From the NCBI GenBank assembly GCA_041583775.1, contig JBFHFF010000002.1:64274-128273 (forward strand): 64,000 nt of DNA, given 5' to 3'. Below the pieces are notes generated by a model. It did no database searches. It was not told the DNA's origin and saw only the letters and a program-made list of their open reading frames with translations. Shown piece by piece: positions 21,235-32,160 of this stretch (positions within the stretch are counted from its first letter, which is position 1; the number at the start of each line of letters is the position of its first letter). The position numbers and the translations under genes were made by a program. Source of the stretch: Candidatus Moraniibacteriota bacterium. GTDB taxonomy: Bacteria > Patescibacteriota > Minisyncoccia > Moranbacterales > DUUL01.

Positions 21235-21862
21235 AACTTTCTAGGTCCTCAATTAGCAATTTATGGTTATCCATCCCTCTTTGATTCATTATCTCACAAG
21301 GAAGGGTAAGTAGTCCAGGAGTCAAACCATCTTCAAATTGTTCCGTAGAAAGTCCCCCTCTATACTCAAAGTGAGGATCATCCACCTGCTCAAGCCCACA
21401 AAAATTAGCTATTCTTCCCAGTCGTTTCCAGTTAACATAATATCCTCTCCATCTATCAACCACATCAACCGCATAACCATAATTATGCATACTTTTACCA
21501 GGAACTGCCCAACTAACTATACTTCCATTTTCAACTCTCCCTTGACTATATATTTGATCTTGCTCGTCTAATGAGCGAAATCCCGAGGTAATTCGCAGTG
21601 TATAGCCATATAAATTTGCTGTTGGAATAAAGCACTTATTGACTTGGTTTAAGAAATTTCGATTGATTTCAGTTGGCATTACCACTTCTCTTGAAATTGT
21701 TTCGGTTATTATTTTTCTCTCAATAGAAGCATTTAGCAATGCCAATTCTCGTATCAATCTTTTTTGTACAAACAAATTTATTCCAAAAACAATGGTCAAA
21801 CAAAAAATCACAAAAAAAATAAAAAACCAGCTCACCCTACCTTTTTTAATAATCATAAACAC
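21203..21862 (-). CDS. M15-family metallopeptidase (L-Ala-D-Glu endopeptidase-like)
   Basis: SGFRS..EQ, SMHNYGYAVD and DDPHFE motifs. Confidence 0.85.
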   Translation of the reverse strand: MFMIIKKGRVSWFFIFFVIFCLTIVFGINLFVQKRLIRELALLNASIERKIITETISREVVMPTEINRNFLNQVNKCFIPTANLYGYTLRITSGFRSLDEQDQIYSQGRVENGSIVSWAVPGKSMHNYGYAVDVVDRWRGYYVNWKRLGRIANFCGLEQVDDPHFEYRGGLSTEQFEDGLTPGLLTLPCEIMNQRGMDNHKLLIEDLESCGAPNFWGSI

Positions 21863-21933
21863 TCTTAAATAATATTATGCATTACCCATGGTACTTCAAA
21901 CCCTCTTTTAACACAATAAAAATAAGCTTATTC

Positions 21934-22518
21934 TCACTTATTCTTCGATAAAAGTTTGATTATTTTATAAACAATATATAAGCCCAATAAAGCAAATATT
22001 ATGGATGCCGTATAATCAAGAATAAGACTTATTATTTCTTGCCAAGTTTCACGAAAATAATAACCAATAAAAACATAGAAGAAACAATAAACAATCTCTC
22101 CTAAAATAATGGCCTTCAAAAAAGTCTCCTTTTTTATATTTTGTAAACCACTAAAATAATTAACATATGGTCCTATTCCAGAAAACAAAAATCGTGTCAA
22201 AAAAACTGTATGGTACGAATATCTATTAAACAATTTTTGTACAACAATTCTCTTCTTTTCCATCCACCCAATTTTCTCAATCATCGGATTGATTTTTTTT
22301 CTAAAATACCGTGCTGCTGAATATGCTCCGTAGTCTCCAGAAATCGTTGCTGACAAAGAAAGTGCCACCAAAAGAATTGCATCGTTCCAATCACTTGTAG
22401 CTGAAGCAAAGGAGACAATCAAAACTAATGCTCCTGTTGGAATAGCAAAAGATGCTAAAAAAACTAACAAGAAGAAATATACCAAATAATACATATCTAG
22501 TGAAAAGATATCTATCAT
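21934..22518 (-). CDS. DedA/VTT-family membrane protein
   Basis: GD..AY and FLTRFL motifs. Confidence 0.8.
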   Translation of the reverse strand: MIDIFSLDMYYLVYFFLLVFLASFAIPTGALVLIVSFASATSDWNDAILLVALSLSATISGDYGAYSAARYFRKKINPMIEKIGWMEKKRIVVQKLFNRYSYHTVFLTRFLFSGIGPYVNYFSGLQNIKKETFLKAIILGEIVYCFFYVFIGYYFRETWQEIISLILDYTASIIFALLGLYIVYKIIKLLSKNK

Positions 22519-22841
22519 CTGGTTATTTTTTTATTCAAATTATCAATTACAATATCGCAATCAAGTTTATTTTTTTTACACACCTGATTAATGGTATAGC
22601 GTTGATTCCAATGATTGTTGGGCAATTGTAATTCTTTATATATTTCATTTTCTGATATGCCAAATTTTTTTATTACAAATCCAATTGGCATATCCTTCTC
22701 AATTTTCTGCAATGTTTTAAAATTTTCGAACTCTCTATGCTCTTTTCTTGCTTGTAATAAAAAAAGAGTTGATAAAAAAATCAATAAAACAAAAGCTACG
22801 AAATATACACCAATTTTAAAATATAATTTATTAAATTTCAA
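22515..22841 (-). CDS. Hypothetical protein with N-terminal TM
   Basis: ATGA-coupled to the DedA-like gene. Confidence 0.6.
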   Translation of the reverse strand: MKFNKLYFKIGVYFVAFVLLIFLSTLFLLQARKEHREFENFKTLQKIEKDMPIGFVIKKFGISENEIYKELQLPNNHWNQRYTINQVCKKNKLDCDIVIDNLNKKITR

Positions 22842-22978
22842 AATATTATTATTAATTATAATTCTTTTTATTATTTTCTATTTACACAATAATACAAAAT
22901 TTTTATTTTATAAACAAAGCCCACTCCCAATGTACACATCCTATGTTTAATAAAATGGTTTACAAAAAATACTCGCTG

Positions 22979-23623
22979 TTACACTTTCAATCTAAAAGCT
23001 ATTATATTTTTCGCTTTTTCATTTGGATATGCCCAAGCTTTTTCAAATAATTCAAAGTCTACTTTATGATTTTCTCTGCCAGGAAGCCCTGGGTCATTTA
23101 TAATAAAACCTTGCTTATCAAAACCTTTGATAACAATAAAATGTCCTACATATCCTGCTTCTCTATTTAAGGCTCTCGAGTTTACATTTACAATAATTGA
23201 ATAATCATCTACCAATAATTGTTTTATTTTATCTACCTTTGGGATTTTTCTCTCTATTTTAATCTGTTTGATAAACTTCTTTGCTATATTCAATTCTTGA
23301 TCGATATCACTATGTTTTATCTGCTCATTACCAATGTTTTCGCCATATTCTTCTATTAGGTATTGACTGCCTATTTTAATGAATTTACTATAATCAAAGT
23401 TTTCAATGTTTTTCACCTCTAGCCCATTTTTTTCCAGCCAGATCAATCCCGCCATTGGCCAAGTCCAAAAACCAGAGACTTTTTTAGTTATTTTATCTAG
23501 TTTCTCCCAGGAATAATTATTTTCAGGCCAGAAATATTTCATGACCATTTTCAAAGAGGCTTGAAAACAGTGCATCCCATCTTCTGCATTTGCACAAAAA
23601 GGAATTTCTTTGTAGCTCTCCAT
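22979..23623 (-). CDS. Peptidase C39-like protein
   Basis: HCFQASLKM, GHFIVIKG and INDPG motifs. Confidence 0.7.
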   Translation of the reverse strand: MESYKEIPFCANAEDGMHCFQASLKMVMKYFWPENNYSWEKLDKITKKVSGFWTWPMAGLIWLEKNGLEVKNIENFDYSKFIKIGSQYLIEEYGENIGNEQIKHSDIDQELNIAKKFIKQIKIERKIPKVDKIKQLLVDDYSIIVNVNSRALNREAGYVGHFIVIKGFDKQGFIINDPGLPGRENHKVDFELFEKAWAYPNEKAKNIIAFRLKV

Positions 23624-23735
23624 AGATTTAAAAATATTTATTACTTTCTCATACTAGCAACAAATAAAAGTAATTTCCAGCTTTCTCTGAGCTGACTAAA
23701 AAAAGAAATATGCAAAGCTTCTTTTTGTGTATTTG

Positions 23736-24248
23736 TTATATTTTTCTGCTGTCATATGCCCAATGCAAAAGTGCTTGTCTTTGTTTTTGTCTACAATATA
23801 AATCACCAGGAAAGCAGTTTTTCTTGACTGCGCCAAGATGTCTCTTGAAAGCTCTCCAGCGTTTTATCTGTCTTCTGTCATCTGAGTGTCTCCTCCCCAT
23901 ATAATATCGGCAATACCATTGAAACCAACCTCTTGGGTCATCAGGGTGAATCCAATCTTTCTCTTGCCAAACCTTGAGAGGCTGAGATGCATCAACTCCA
24001 AAAAAATTAAGTTCTTTGCTATGCCCAGGAAATCCTTTTGGATGTAATTTCGCTTTTTTAAACCAATCGTTGGGAAACTCTTTTCTACAATCGCGTAAAT
24101 ACCTCCCCCCAAAAACACCTATCCTTAGCATTTCTTTCGGAGTTAGTTCCGGCCGAAACTCAGAATCAAAATTTTCACCTCTCTTTTCCGAGAGATAATA
24201 AACATACTTTATCTGCATTTTATCATTAACAACGACCTTTTTTAACAT
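23736..24248 (-). CDS. Conserved hypothetical protein (DPRGWFQWYCRY family)
   Basis: LTPKEML.GVFGG, DPRGWFQWYCRY and RQALLHWA motifs. Confidence 0.7.
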   Translation of the reverse strand: MLKKVVVNDKMQIKYVYYLSEKRGENFDSEFRPELTPKEMLRIGVFGGRYLRDCRKEFPNDWFKKAKLHPKGFPGHSKELNFFGVDASQPLKVWQEKDWIHPDDPRGWFQWYCRYYMGRRHSDDRRQIKRWRAFKRHLGAVKKNCFPGDLYCRQKQRQALLHWAYDSRKI

Positions 24249-24261
24249 TCAAATTTTTAAA

Positions 24262-24657
24262 TTAACTGTTTAAGTATGTAATTGTAAGCTGAAGAACTGT
24301 AGCAAATAAAACCCACAAAAGATATGGAATATTTATAAGAGCAACCCATTTTGCATATGGATAAATGGCGATCATCGCCCAAATAAGAGTTGCTAATACT
24401 AATAATATATCCATACTAGCCAAAAGATTGTTTTTTAAACCAAATTGAATAGGCGTAAAAGCAAAATTAAAAACTAAATTCAAAATAAAGGGCAAAAGAA
24501 CTATAAAAGCTATGCTTTTTCTAAAAAATAATACAGCAACATACCCGAAAGAAATAGCAATGACGACATACAGAAAAGTCCAAACAGGACCAAACAGCCA
24601 GGAAGGTGGTGACCAAGTGGGTTTTGTTAATTGTTGATACCAATTGAAATTATTCAT
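24262..24657 (-). CDS. TspO/MBR tryptophan-rich sensory protein
   Basis: WY..L.KP.WSPPSWLFGPVWT and PYLLWV.FA motifs. Confidence 0.9.
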   Translation of the reverse strand: MNNFNWYQQLTKPTWSPPSWLFGPVWTFLYVVIAISFGYVAVLFFRKSIAFIVLLPFILNLVFNFAFTPIQFGLKNNLLASMDILLVLATLIWAMIAIYPYAKWVALINIPYLLWVLFATVLQLTITYLNS

Positions 24658-24699
24658 AAGTATTTTTTCTTATTTTTTTAAATTTTAAAATTACACAAA

Positions 24700-25578
24700 C
24701 TATGTCTTCCAATATTCCTTTTTTCTATCGTCTTCAGCCTGTGACAAAAGACTTTGAGGATATGGATTGAAAAATTTTTGATCTAATAGGTCTTTTTCTT
24801 TTATTAGCAGTTTCGAAACTTCCTTCAATGTTTCAAGACTGATTTTATTCTCCTTATACCTCGATAAAATTTCTTCGTTTTTCGCTAGAAGTTTCTTAAA
24901 AAATAAGTAGATATTTTCACTTGAAGGGGGAACTTTCATTATTTTTCTAACTAACTCAAAGTAATTCTTTTTGTTTATGTCTAATTTTTTTGAAAGTTCT
25001 TGATTGTAAAATTCCAATAATAGTTTATTTCTTTGATTAAAACTTTTTAAATCATTTTTTTTAAAGGAATTTCGATAATCCGAAAACAAAAAAATTTGTG
25101 TTAAAAAATGATCTCTGATTTTTTTATTTCTGAGCCTGTCTTCCTCTTCAATTGGATAATTATTAAACTTTTCTGCAATCTTACTGGCAAAAAATCCCCC
25201 ACATCTATCAACCACTGGAGAACCTTTCATTCCTGAATATACTTTAATGTTTGACATTCCCATAGTTGGGGACTTTGATTTAAAAATAAATCCATCAACC
25301 TCACCCAGCTTGTTTGTAAAGTTTTCTGAAAATTTATTCATCTCCTCTGTAACATCCCTGTTTGTACCATGTTGCACCAATCTTTGTTCTCCATTTTTCT
25401 TAACTATTCTTATGGGATTCCTTGGAACTCCCAATCCAATCTCATATTCAGGACAAACTTTTATATACTCTACAAAAGGATTAAGGTCTTTTACTATTTG
25501 CGAGGGGACTGATTGTCCATTATATCTAACCTTTTCAAACTCTAAACATGCGCTTATCAAAACTATTGGCTTTTTCAT
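24700..25578 (-). CDS. DUF523 (2-thiouracil desulfurase-like)/DUF1722 YbgA-like protein
   Basis: ISACL..VRYNG, VCPE..IGLGVPR.PI and KSKSP motifs. The third Cys of SPSCG appears replaced (SPTMG). Confidence 0.8.
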   Translation of the reverse strand: MKKPIVLISACLEFEKVRYNGQSVPSQIVKDLNPFVEYIKVCPEYEIGLGVPRNPIRIVKKNGEQRLVQHGTNRDVTEEMNKFSENFTNKLGEVDGFIFKSKSPTMGMSNIKVYSGMKGSPVVDRCGGFFASKIAEKFNNYPIEEEDRLRNKKIRDHFLTQIFLFSDYRNSFKKNDLKSFNQRNKLLLEFYNQELSKKLDINKKNYFELVRKIMKVPPSSENIYLFFKKLLAKNEEILSRYKENKISLETLKEVSKLLIKEKDLLDQKFFNPYPQSLLSQAEDDRKKEYWKT

Positions 25579-25632
25579 TAGAGTTTTATTAAAGAATAAT
25601 TAAAATTTTTTACTTACACAATAAAAATAAAA

Positions 25633-26397
25633 CTATTTTATAAAGAAATTAGGAAACATAGCTGGAGTTTTCTTTGCATACTCAATGAACTCCTTATTGT
25701 CTTTATACCTCTGTTCGGCCATTGGGACACCCGAAACAAACCTAAGTAGAATTGTTATTGTTAAAGGACTTATAATTCCAATCCAAAAATATTCAACTCC
25801 CCAGGTCGTTATAAATATTCCCCACCAAAGAACTGCTTCTCCGAAATAATTTGGATGACGCGTATATTTCCAAAGCCCACTTACCATTATTTCTTTCGAA
25901 TCTTTTCTTTCTGCAATAAATTTTTTCAATTGTCTATCCCCTATCATTTCAAAACAAAAACCAAAAAACCAAATCAATACTCCTATAATATTTATATAAC
26001 CAAAACCGCCTTGGTCAAATTTTGTTGCAACAAGAACAGCAGTTGAAACAAACACTAGAAGAATTCCTTGAAGCATAAACACTCTAGCCCAAGAATTCAA
26101 ATTCTGAGAACCTTTCCATGAATCACGCATCTTCTGATAGCGATGCTCTTCCCTTTTTTTATTCAAAAATCTCTTTCCTATATGGAGAGCAAGTCTAGCT
26201 CCCCATATAAAAACTAAAAGTGCAATAACCAAAGTCTTAGAAGTGGGATTGTAAAAAGCTCCAATAATAGCGATTATAAAAAAACCCAGTCCCCAAGCAA
26301 CATCGGCTATATCATTTCTCTTTTTAATAACAGCATAAAGAAAGCATGCGTTAAAGAAGATAAAAAGTGACAATATTTGGACCAAAAAAACATTCAT
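25633..26397 (-). CDS. DUF1295 (steroid 5-alpha-reductase-like) membrane protein
   Basis: [14 protein letters not shown] motif. Confidence 0.88.
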   Translation of the reverse strand: MNVFLVQILSLFIFFNACFLYAVIKKRNDIADVAWGLGFFIIAIIGAFYNPTSKTLVIALLVFIWGARLALHIGKRFLNKKREEHRYQKMRDSWKGSQNLNSWARVFMLQGILLVFVSTAVLVATKFDQGGFGYINIIGVLIWFFGFCFEMIGDRQLKKFIAERKDSKEIMVSGLWKYTRHPNYFGEAVLWWGIFITTWGVEYFWIGIISPLTITILLRFVSGVPMAEQRYKDNKEFIEYAKKTPAMFPNFFIK

Positions 26398-26402
26398 TTT
26401 GT

Positions 26403-26810
26403 TTATACAAAATTCTTACCAATGAAATATGCAAGGAATGAAACTGAGCCTGAAAGAAGCACTCCCCAAATAATATCAATAATAACAATTTTCCACGGCC
26501 AGTCCTTTAAGATTGCTAAATTTGTAAGATCAAATGTCATATAAGTAAAGAATCCAAACATTGCCCCATAAATAAGCGCGTAAGACCAAGAATTGTTCTT
26601 AACTGCTGGATAAATTGCAAAAACAACAAGACCAGAAACAAAAATTAAATAAAAGATAATGGCAGCTGTCCAATTTGGCGTCGAAAGCATAAGATGTCCA
26701 ATATATTTTTTATATATCCCTTTGGCTAAAACGCCCAACCAAACAAGGTCTATCAGAAAAAATATTGAAACTGCAACTAAATAAAGTTTTATAAAATCAA
26801 TTATTATCAT
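26403..26810 (-). CDS. DUF2177-family membrane protein
   Basis: [14 protein letters not shown] and IDIIWG motifs. Confidence 0.85.
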   Translation of the reverse strand: MIIIDFIKLYLVAVSIFFLIDLVWLGVLAKGIYKKYIGHLMLSTPNWTAAIIFYLIFVSGLVVFAIYPAVKNNSWSYALIYGAMFGFFTYMTFDLTNLAILKDWPWKIVIIDIIWGVLLSGSVSFLAYFIGKNFV

Positions 26811-26922
26811 ATTTTTAAAATAAGATAATTAACTTTTAAGAAACTACACTAGGCTTAATATTTAGTTCTATGTTTATATTATAAACTTATTTCCGCTATT
26901 ACTCAAATAAAAAAACTTTACT

Positions 26923-27972
26923 TTATCTTCTCTCTAAATTTATATTGCATTCAGGACATTTTAAACTGGAACAAGGAATTCCTTTTTTATGCAAGATATG
27001 ATAAGTACATTTTGGACAAATACAATCTCCTTCTGGTCCCTGTTCAGCAGCCTCTTTAATAACACCTTTGAACCTTCCCTTCCCTTGCCAAGAAAAACTT
27101 TTTCCAAGACTTGGCTTATAAAAACTATTTTCAATTTCATGGCTGACAATCTGAATAACAACATATTGCAAACTTTCGATTCCGGTTATTAATTTTTTTC
27201 TTAATACATCAGATATTTTAGTTGCTTCTTCTATTTTTAGATTGCTAGCAAGATTTATTTCTAAATTAGCGGTTATTGCAGAGCCTTTTCTTTGAGTTTT
27301 AAGTGAATCAATTTCAATATTTTCTTCTTTTACAATCGATTTAATTTTATTTTCTATTTCTTCGCCAGCAGAAACATCCAATAAAGAATCAACCGCTTCC
27401 TTTCCAGTCGAAAAAGATTCTTTTATTATATACAACCCCATTAACATAGCTAAAAGTGCATCTGCATAAATCCAATATGATGTTAGAAATAAACCAACTA
27501 ATATCACCAAGGATGTATATACATCAAGTCTTGAATGCGCACCATCTGATAGCAAACTTATTGAATTTTCTTTTTTACCATAATAAGTTTTGATTCTTGC
27601 CATTATCTCGTTTACGATGCTGGAAAAGATCATTATTCCGAAAGATAAATAACCTATATCAATCTTTTGTGGTTCAAAAAAATTTTTAAAAGCATCATAA
27701 ATAATACCGATGCCAGTTATTAAAATAATTAATGTAATAATAACGCCGCTTAAAACTTCAAATTTATAATGTCCATAAGGATGCTCTTTATCAGCTGGTT
27801 TTCCTGCTATTTTTATTCCAAAATAGCTAATAAATGAAGAAAAAATATCCACAAAAGAATCCACCCCTGCTGCTAAAATTGCTGCAGAATTAGAAAAAAT
27901 ACCCAAAGTAATTTTCCCAATTGCTAACAATATATTAACTGCTATTGATAGAATTGCGACTCTTTCTTTTAT
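26923..27972 (-). CDS. Cation diffusion facilitator transporter with C-terminal Cys-rich tail (probable ATA start)
   Basis: DSFVD, PADKEHPYGH and DGAHSRLD motifs, C-terminal CICPKC..CPEC. The frame extends to ATA 27972. Confidence 0.85.
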   Translation of the reverse strand: MKERVAILSIAVNILLAIGKITLGIFSNSAAILAAGVDSFVDIFSSFISYFGIKIAGKPADKEHPYGHYKFEVLSGVIITLIILITGIGIIYDAFKNFFEPQKIDIGYLSFGIMIFSSIVNEIMARIKTYYGKKENSISLLSDGAHSRLDVYTSLVILVGLFLTSYWIYADALLAMLMGLYIIKESFSTGKEAVDSLLDVSAGEEIENKIKSIVKEENIEIDSLKTQRKGSAITANLEINLASNLKIEEATKISDVLRKKLITGIESLQYVVIQIVSHEIENSFYKPSLGKSFSWQGKGRFKGVIKEAAEQGPEGDCICPKCTYHILHKKGIPCSSLKCPECNINLERR

Positions 27973-28841
27973 TTTGCGAATTTATTTACCTGTTTAATGA
28001 TTCCTTGAAATAATTTTTTATATTCAGGATTAATTTCAATGACTGGTTTCATTTTAATTGTCGAGTTAACAAAATCCTTCCTATAAGGAATTTTGCCCAA
28101 TATCGGAACTCCATTTTCACTAGCAAACTTTTCTATTTCCAAGAAAAAACTTTCATCCAAATCATATTTGTTTATCACAATTCCGTGCTTTATTTTAAAA
28201 TGACGGGCAAGATACAAAACTCTTTTCAAATCATGAAGTGCAGACGGTGTTGGTTCAGTTACAGCAACAATATAGTCTGTACCAACCAAAGAAGCAATCA
28301 CCGGACAACCAACTCCAGCAGAAGAATCTATTAATATTATTTCCGATTTCAACTCTCTACTTATTTTATCAGCATACTTCCTCACTTCAGCCACAATTTC
28401 ACCTGAAGCTAATTCTCCTATTTTTAATTCTCCTGAAATAAGATCCACTTTATGATTTTTTCCTATATAAATCGTACCAATCTCTTTTTTGGATTCTGAA
28501 ATAGCTTTCGTTGGACACACCACCATACAGGCTTTACAGCCGATACAAACATCTTGCACAAAAGCTGGATATTTGCCTTTAACAAAAATAATAGCATTTT
28601 GCTTACAAACATCAGCACATTTTCCACATTTTATACATTTCTTAAAATCCCATTTAGGAATAATTTGATATATTGTCTCAACTTTTTTTCTTTTAACAGA
28701 AAGCAAAAGATGATCGTTTGGACATTCTGCATCAGCATCAACTATTAATGTTTTATACTTTTGAGAAAATTCAATCGCCAAGGAGGTAGTGACCATTGAT
28801 TTTCCAGTTCCACCTTTTCCGCCAGTAATTGCTATTTTCAT
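27969..28841 (-). CDS. MinD-superfamily P-loop ATPase with inserted 4Fe-4S ferredoxin domain
   Basis: GGKGGTGKS and two CxxCxxCxxxC clusters. Confidence 0.9.
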   Translation of the reverse strand: MKIAITGGKGGTGKSMVTTSLAIEFSQKYKTLIVDADAECPNDHLLLSVKRKKVETIYQIIPKWDFKKCIKCGKCADVCKQNAIIFVKGKYPAFVQDVCIGCKACMVVCPTKAISESKKEIGTIYIGKNHKVDLISGELKIGELASGEIVAEVRKYADKISRELKSEIILIDSSAGVGCPVIASLVGTDYIVAVTEPTPSALHDLKRVLYLARHFKIKHGIVINKYDLDESFFLEIEKFASENGVPILGKIPYRKDFVNSTIKMKPVIEINPEYKKLFQGIIKQVNKFAK

Positions 28842-29197
28842 ATTTTATGTTGTTCACAAACATCTTCAAATGATGCTTTTTTGAGTTTATTATTTTTCCA
28901 TTTTTCAAAAATTTCTACTACTGTATTAGCCTCACCGCAATAAATTTCAATCCCAAATTCACCACATAAATCCAAGGCTCGTGGCCCAAGATCTTTACAC
29001 AACAAAACATTTGCACCATTTTTTTTCATCAATTCTGGCGGAAGTCCTTGTCCTCCCATATGCTCACTGGTATTATCTATTATCTCAAGAACCTTTCCAT
29101 TTTTATCTAGAAAAGTATAGGTATTACATCTGCCAAAATGTTGGGCGACTTTATTATCTAATCCATTCTTTTTGTCTGTCGGAATAACAATTTTCAT
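28838..29197 (-). CDS. NifB/NifX-family Fe-Mo cluster-binding protein
   Basis: HFGRC and LGPRA motifs. Confidence 0.85.
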   Translation of the reverse strand: MKIVIPTDKKNGLDNKVAQHFGRCNTYTFLDKNGKVLEIIDNTSEHMGGQGLPPELMKKNGANVLLCKDLGPRALDLCGEFGIEIYCGEANTVVEIFEKWKNNKLKKASFEDVCEQHKI

Positions 29198-29203
29198 ACT
29201 AAA

Positions 29204-29536
29204 TTATTTTCTAATTTTTTTATCAATAAATTTCTCTAAAACATCACCAATTACTCCTTCTTCTTTATAAACCTCAATATTAAATTGTTTCAAAACATCT
29301 AAGGCTCTAGGTCCTACGCTTTTAGCTATCACGACATCAACATCTTTCTCCACTAAAAATTTAGCAACCAACATTCCGGCTCCGCTCACCTGATTTTCAT
29401 TTTCATTTCTCAAAGACTCTGTTTTTATTATTTTCTCACCTTCAACTTCTACAACAATAAAATATGCACATCTCCCAAAAAACTCAGCTATATTATCTGA
29501 CAATTCTTTACCATTTGAACTAAATGCTACTTTCAT
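29204..29536 (-). CDS. NifB/NifX-family Fe-Mo cluster-binding protein
   Basis: FGRCAYF and VGPRA motifs. Confidence 0.85.
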   Translation of the reverse strand: MKVAFSSNGKELSDNIAEFFGRCAYFIVVEVEGEKIIKTESLRNENENQVSGAGMLVAKFLVEKDVDVVIAKSVGPRALDVLKQFNIEVYKEEGVIGDVLEKFIDKKIRK

Positions 29537-29883
29537 AGTTTTTTAAATTTAATTGATTAATTTCTTTTTTAGCTGAATAATAAATAAAAATATTTTTTCA
29601 AAACTATTTATTCTTATTTCCATTTTAGCACTATAAAATATTATAACAATTAAAAAATATCAAGAGATAATTCATAAGTAAAAAAATGACCAAAAAAAAT
29701 ACTCCTTTGAAATCTAAATTTTGGCTCTTCTTAACAACAAATATAATAACGAAATATTTATTGTTTTTCTTTATTTTTTTATTATTTATCTATTTATATT
29801 AATCCCAATTCAAATATAAAATTATATCTACTAAAAAATATTTTATAAAAAAACAACCCCCTCGAGGAAGGCTGTCTTAAGAT

Positions 29884-29929
29884 GCACGGGCTGTTGGATG
29901 AAGTTAGAACCTGTTTTTGTTATTTTTAA
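29884..29929 (+). other. att scar 1: GCACGGG core plus orphan integrase C-terminal tail HGLLDEVRTCF
   Basis: Core identical to the tRNA-Trp 3' end at 48201-48207. Tail homologous to scars 2 and 3. Confidence 0.7.
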
Positions 29930-30377
29930 CGATGATTAAGGCTTATGCTTAATTCTTTATTACTATTTTCGTCTATATAATCCTCATTAACTAAAATAAT
30001 TCTCAAATAGATCTCTCCCATTTTCCTTTCTTTTTCAAAACTAGCACTAAATTCACCGCCCTTCCATTCAAAGTCCCTTTTCCATCCAGCATTTTCTGCA
30101 ATTTCTATTACATCATTAAATGTTTGTTCGTTTTTTTCCTGATTTATAATTCTATATCTCAAAAGAATTTCTGCACATGATGGTTTTCCTAAAGTTTTTC
30201 CTTCAGGCATTTCAAATTTCCTAATCAGCTCTGTATTATTATATGTCATATTAACAAAAGGATCACCTTTAAGTGATTTCAGTTTTAGTTTATAAAATGA
30301 GCTGAATAAAAATATTCCGATAAAAATTGTAATTATAAAGAGAATACTAATTATAATTTTTGTTTTTTACCTTTCAT
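29926..30377 (-). pseudogene. Frameshifted membrane-anchored hypothetical protein
   Basis: ATG 30377 is ATGA-coupled. Restoring one A in the A6 run gives MKGKKTKIIISILFIITIFIG..., in frame with ORF 29926..30249. Confidence 0.65.
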
Positions 30378-30610
30378 TTTGTTTTCTTGAAAATCAAAAA
30401 TAAAATCATAATAATAGAAATTATTGTTAAAAATCCTGCTATAAGTATTACGCCCATACTGAAACCTGTATAGCAAAGAAAACTTGTTTCGGGGTTATTT
30501 TCCACACAAGGATATAATATTTTTCCTAAAAACCCATCTTTATTTTCAAAAAATGCAACCAAAACTGATATTACCAAAACTACTAATCATATAATAATCT
30601 TTCTATTCAT
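30374..30610 (-). pseudogene. Small membrane protein with in-frame TGA at codon 8
   Basis: MNRKIII*LVVLVISVLVAFF..., TGA at 30587-30589. Confidence 0.6.
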
Positions 30611-30621
30611 AATAAATTATT

Positions 30622-31221
30622 TTATGGATTTACATACTCTCCCGGATTATATTCATAATTATCCAGCTCTGAACAATCTACTTCTTGTTTGGTCGGTCTA
30701 TGTATGTAACAATTGGTTCTCTTACCAATACAATTTTCTCCTGCTAAAAAATTAGATTTTATTAGACCTGTGCAATCACAGGAATACATCGTAGCCCCCT
30801 TCATTCTACCTACGCATTTTTTTGAAGGAATAAAAGTTGTTCCAACTTGTAATAGTAAAATAAAAATTGGAATTAAATAAAATATTTTTCTTTTTAATTT
30901 CCAAACAACTAATGTAACAGATAAAAAATATGCAAAAAACAAGAGCGGAGAAATATATTGAACTGAGCCAGCTGAAGTAAATAAAAAAATGATTAGACCT
31001 AGAATATAAAATAAAATTGATATTAGCAGTTTACCTGTTTTTATTCTATCTTTTTTCACAACCCAATAAACAACTCCGAGTAAAACAATTTGAGACACCA
31101 AAGAATTAAATGCCCCTGAATAAAATATTTTTAGTGAATTACCAAAAAAACCGCTTAAAATAAATAAAACGAAATTTATAGTTAAATAAATTATTAAGAA
31201 ATCAATTATTTTTTTATTCAT
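30622..31221 (-). CDS. Hypothetical membrane protein with Cys-rich C-terminus
   Basis: Five TMs followed by C..CDC.G...C.G...C. Confidence 0.65.
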   Translation of the reverse strand: MNKKIIDFLIIYLTINFVLFILSGFFGNSLKIFYSGAFNSLVSQIVLLGVVYWVVKKDRIKTGKLLISILFYILGLIIFLFTSAGSVQYISPLLFFAYFLSVTLVVWKLKRKIFYLIPIFILLLQVGTTFIPSKKCVGRMKGATMYSCDCTGLIKSNFLAGENCIGKRTNCYIHRPTKQEVDCSELDNYEYNPGEYVNP

Positions 31222-31301
31222 ACACTAATTATATCACAAAAGATTCTGACTTCCTACTGTCCCCATAAAAAATAAGGCTCTTTCAAGCCTTAAATTTAAC
31301 C

Positions 31302-31377
31302 GCACGCCATAGTAAAGGATGTTAGAACTATTTTTATGAATAAGAAAGAATATGTTTATATTCCGGATTTAAGATAA
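31302..31377 (+). other. att scar 2: GCACG core plus orphan integrase tail HAIVKDVRTIFMNKKEYVYIPDLR
   Basis: Shares AAGGATGTTAGAACTATTTTTAT with scar 3. Confidence 0.75.
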
Positions 31378-31482
31378 TATAAAAACTATAATTCTTTTTA
31401 GAGAAATAAAAAAATTATATTATTGATAAATAAAGAATAAATTTAAAAAATTAATTTCAATTGAAGACATAATTAATTCTTC

Positions 31483-32145
31483 TTAAGAATTACCATACTT
31501 TCCTAGAAATTCCTCCCTAGAAATAGAAGCCGTAGCCTTTTTTAATTTTTCATCAATTGATTCCACACTAAACCCCAACTTCTCTTCTATAAATTTTCTA
31601 TGGTAATATACAATCCAGGAATATCCTTTGATTTTTTCAATTGAAGAAAACTCTTCATTTGATTTAATTTTTTGAGCTAATTCCTTAAAACCCTCGATTA
31701 AAACAGTTATTGTCTCCCTCATATCTTCAGTTGGTATTATCGGTATGTGTATGTTTATTTCTGTCATTGCCTCATTAAAATCATAGGAAAGAACTTCATT
31801 TATTTCTGAAAAACCGAATTCTTTACGATCTTCTCGTGAAAAATTTTTTATTTGTTCAAGTGTATAATTTTCGTTATAAAAACAAAAAAGTTCCCGTGCA
31901 ATAAAGTCAGCAAGCTCCTCCTTGCTCTTTATATTAACTATATTTAATCCTTCTAACCGTTTAACTGATTCGGTTCTTATACTGGATTTAATTTTTCCCA
32001 TTGTCTCCATAAAATAACAAAGCCGATCTTCTGGCTTCTCCCCTTCGGATTGCAAAATAGTACTGTAAATTCTTTTTTTAAATGAGTTTAAATAACTATC
32101 AGGCATTTTAGAAATATTTTTATTCAGATTTTCAATATTTTCCAT
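31483..32145 (-). CDS. Hypothetical protein
   Basis: 220-aa ORF with a G.SWIV...KLGF-type C-terminus. Confidence 0.6.
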   Translation of the reverse strand: MENIENLNKNISKMPDSYLNSFKKRIYSTILQSEGEKPEDRLCYFMETMGKIKSSIRTESVKRLEGLNIVNIKSKEELADFIARELFCFYNENYTLEQIKNFSREDRKEFGFSEINEVLSYDFNEAMTEINIHIPIIPTEDMRETITVLIEGFKELAQKIKSNEEFSSIEKIKGYSWIVYYHRKFIEEKLGFSVESIDEKLKKATASISREEFLGKYGNS

Positions 32146-32160
32146 ATATTTATAATATTT

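Noticed and set aside
27969-29536. Nitrogen fixation cluster
   Set aside because: NifB/NifX-like proteins with a MinD-ferredoxin ATPase are widespread in non-diazotrophs, and nifHDK are absent.
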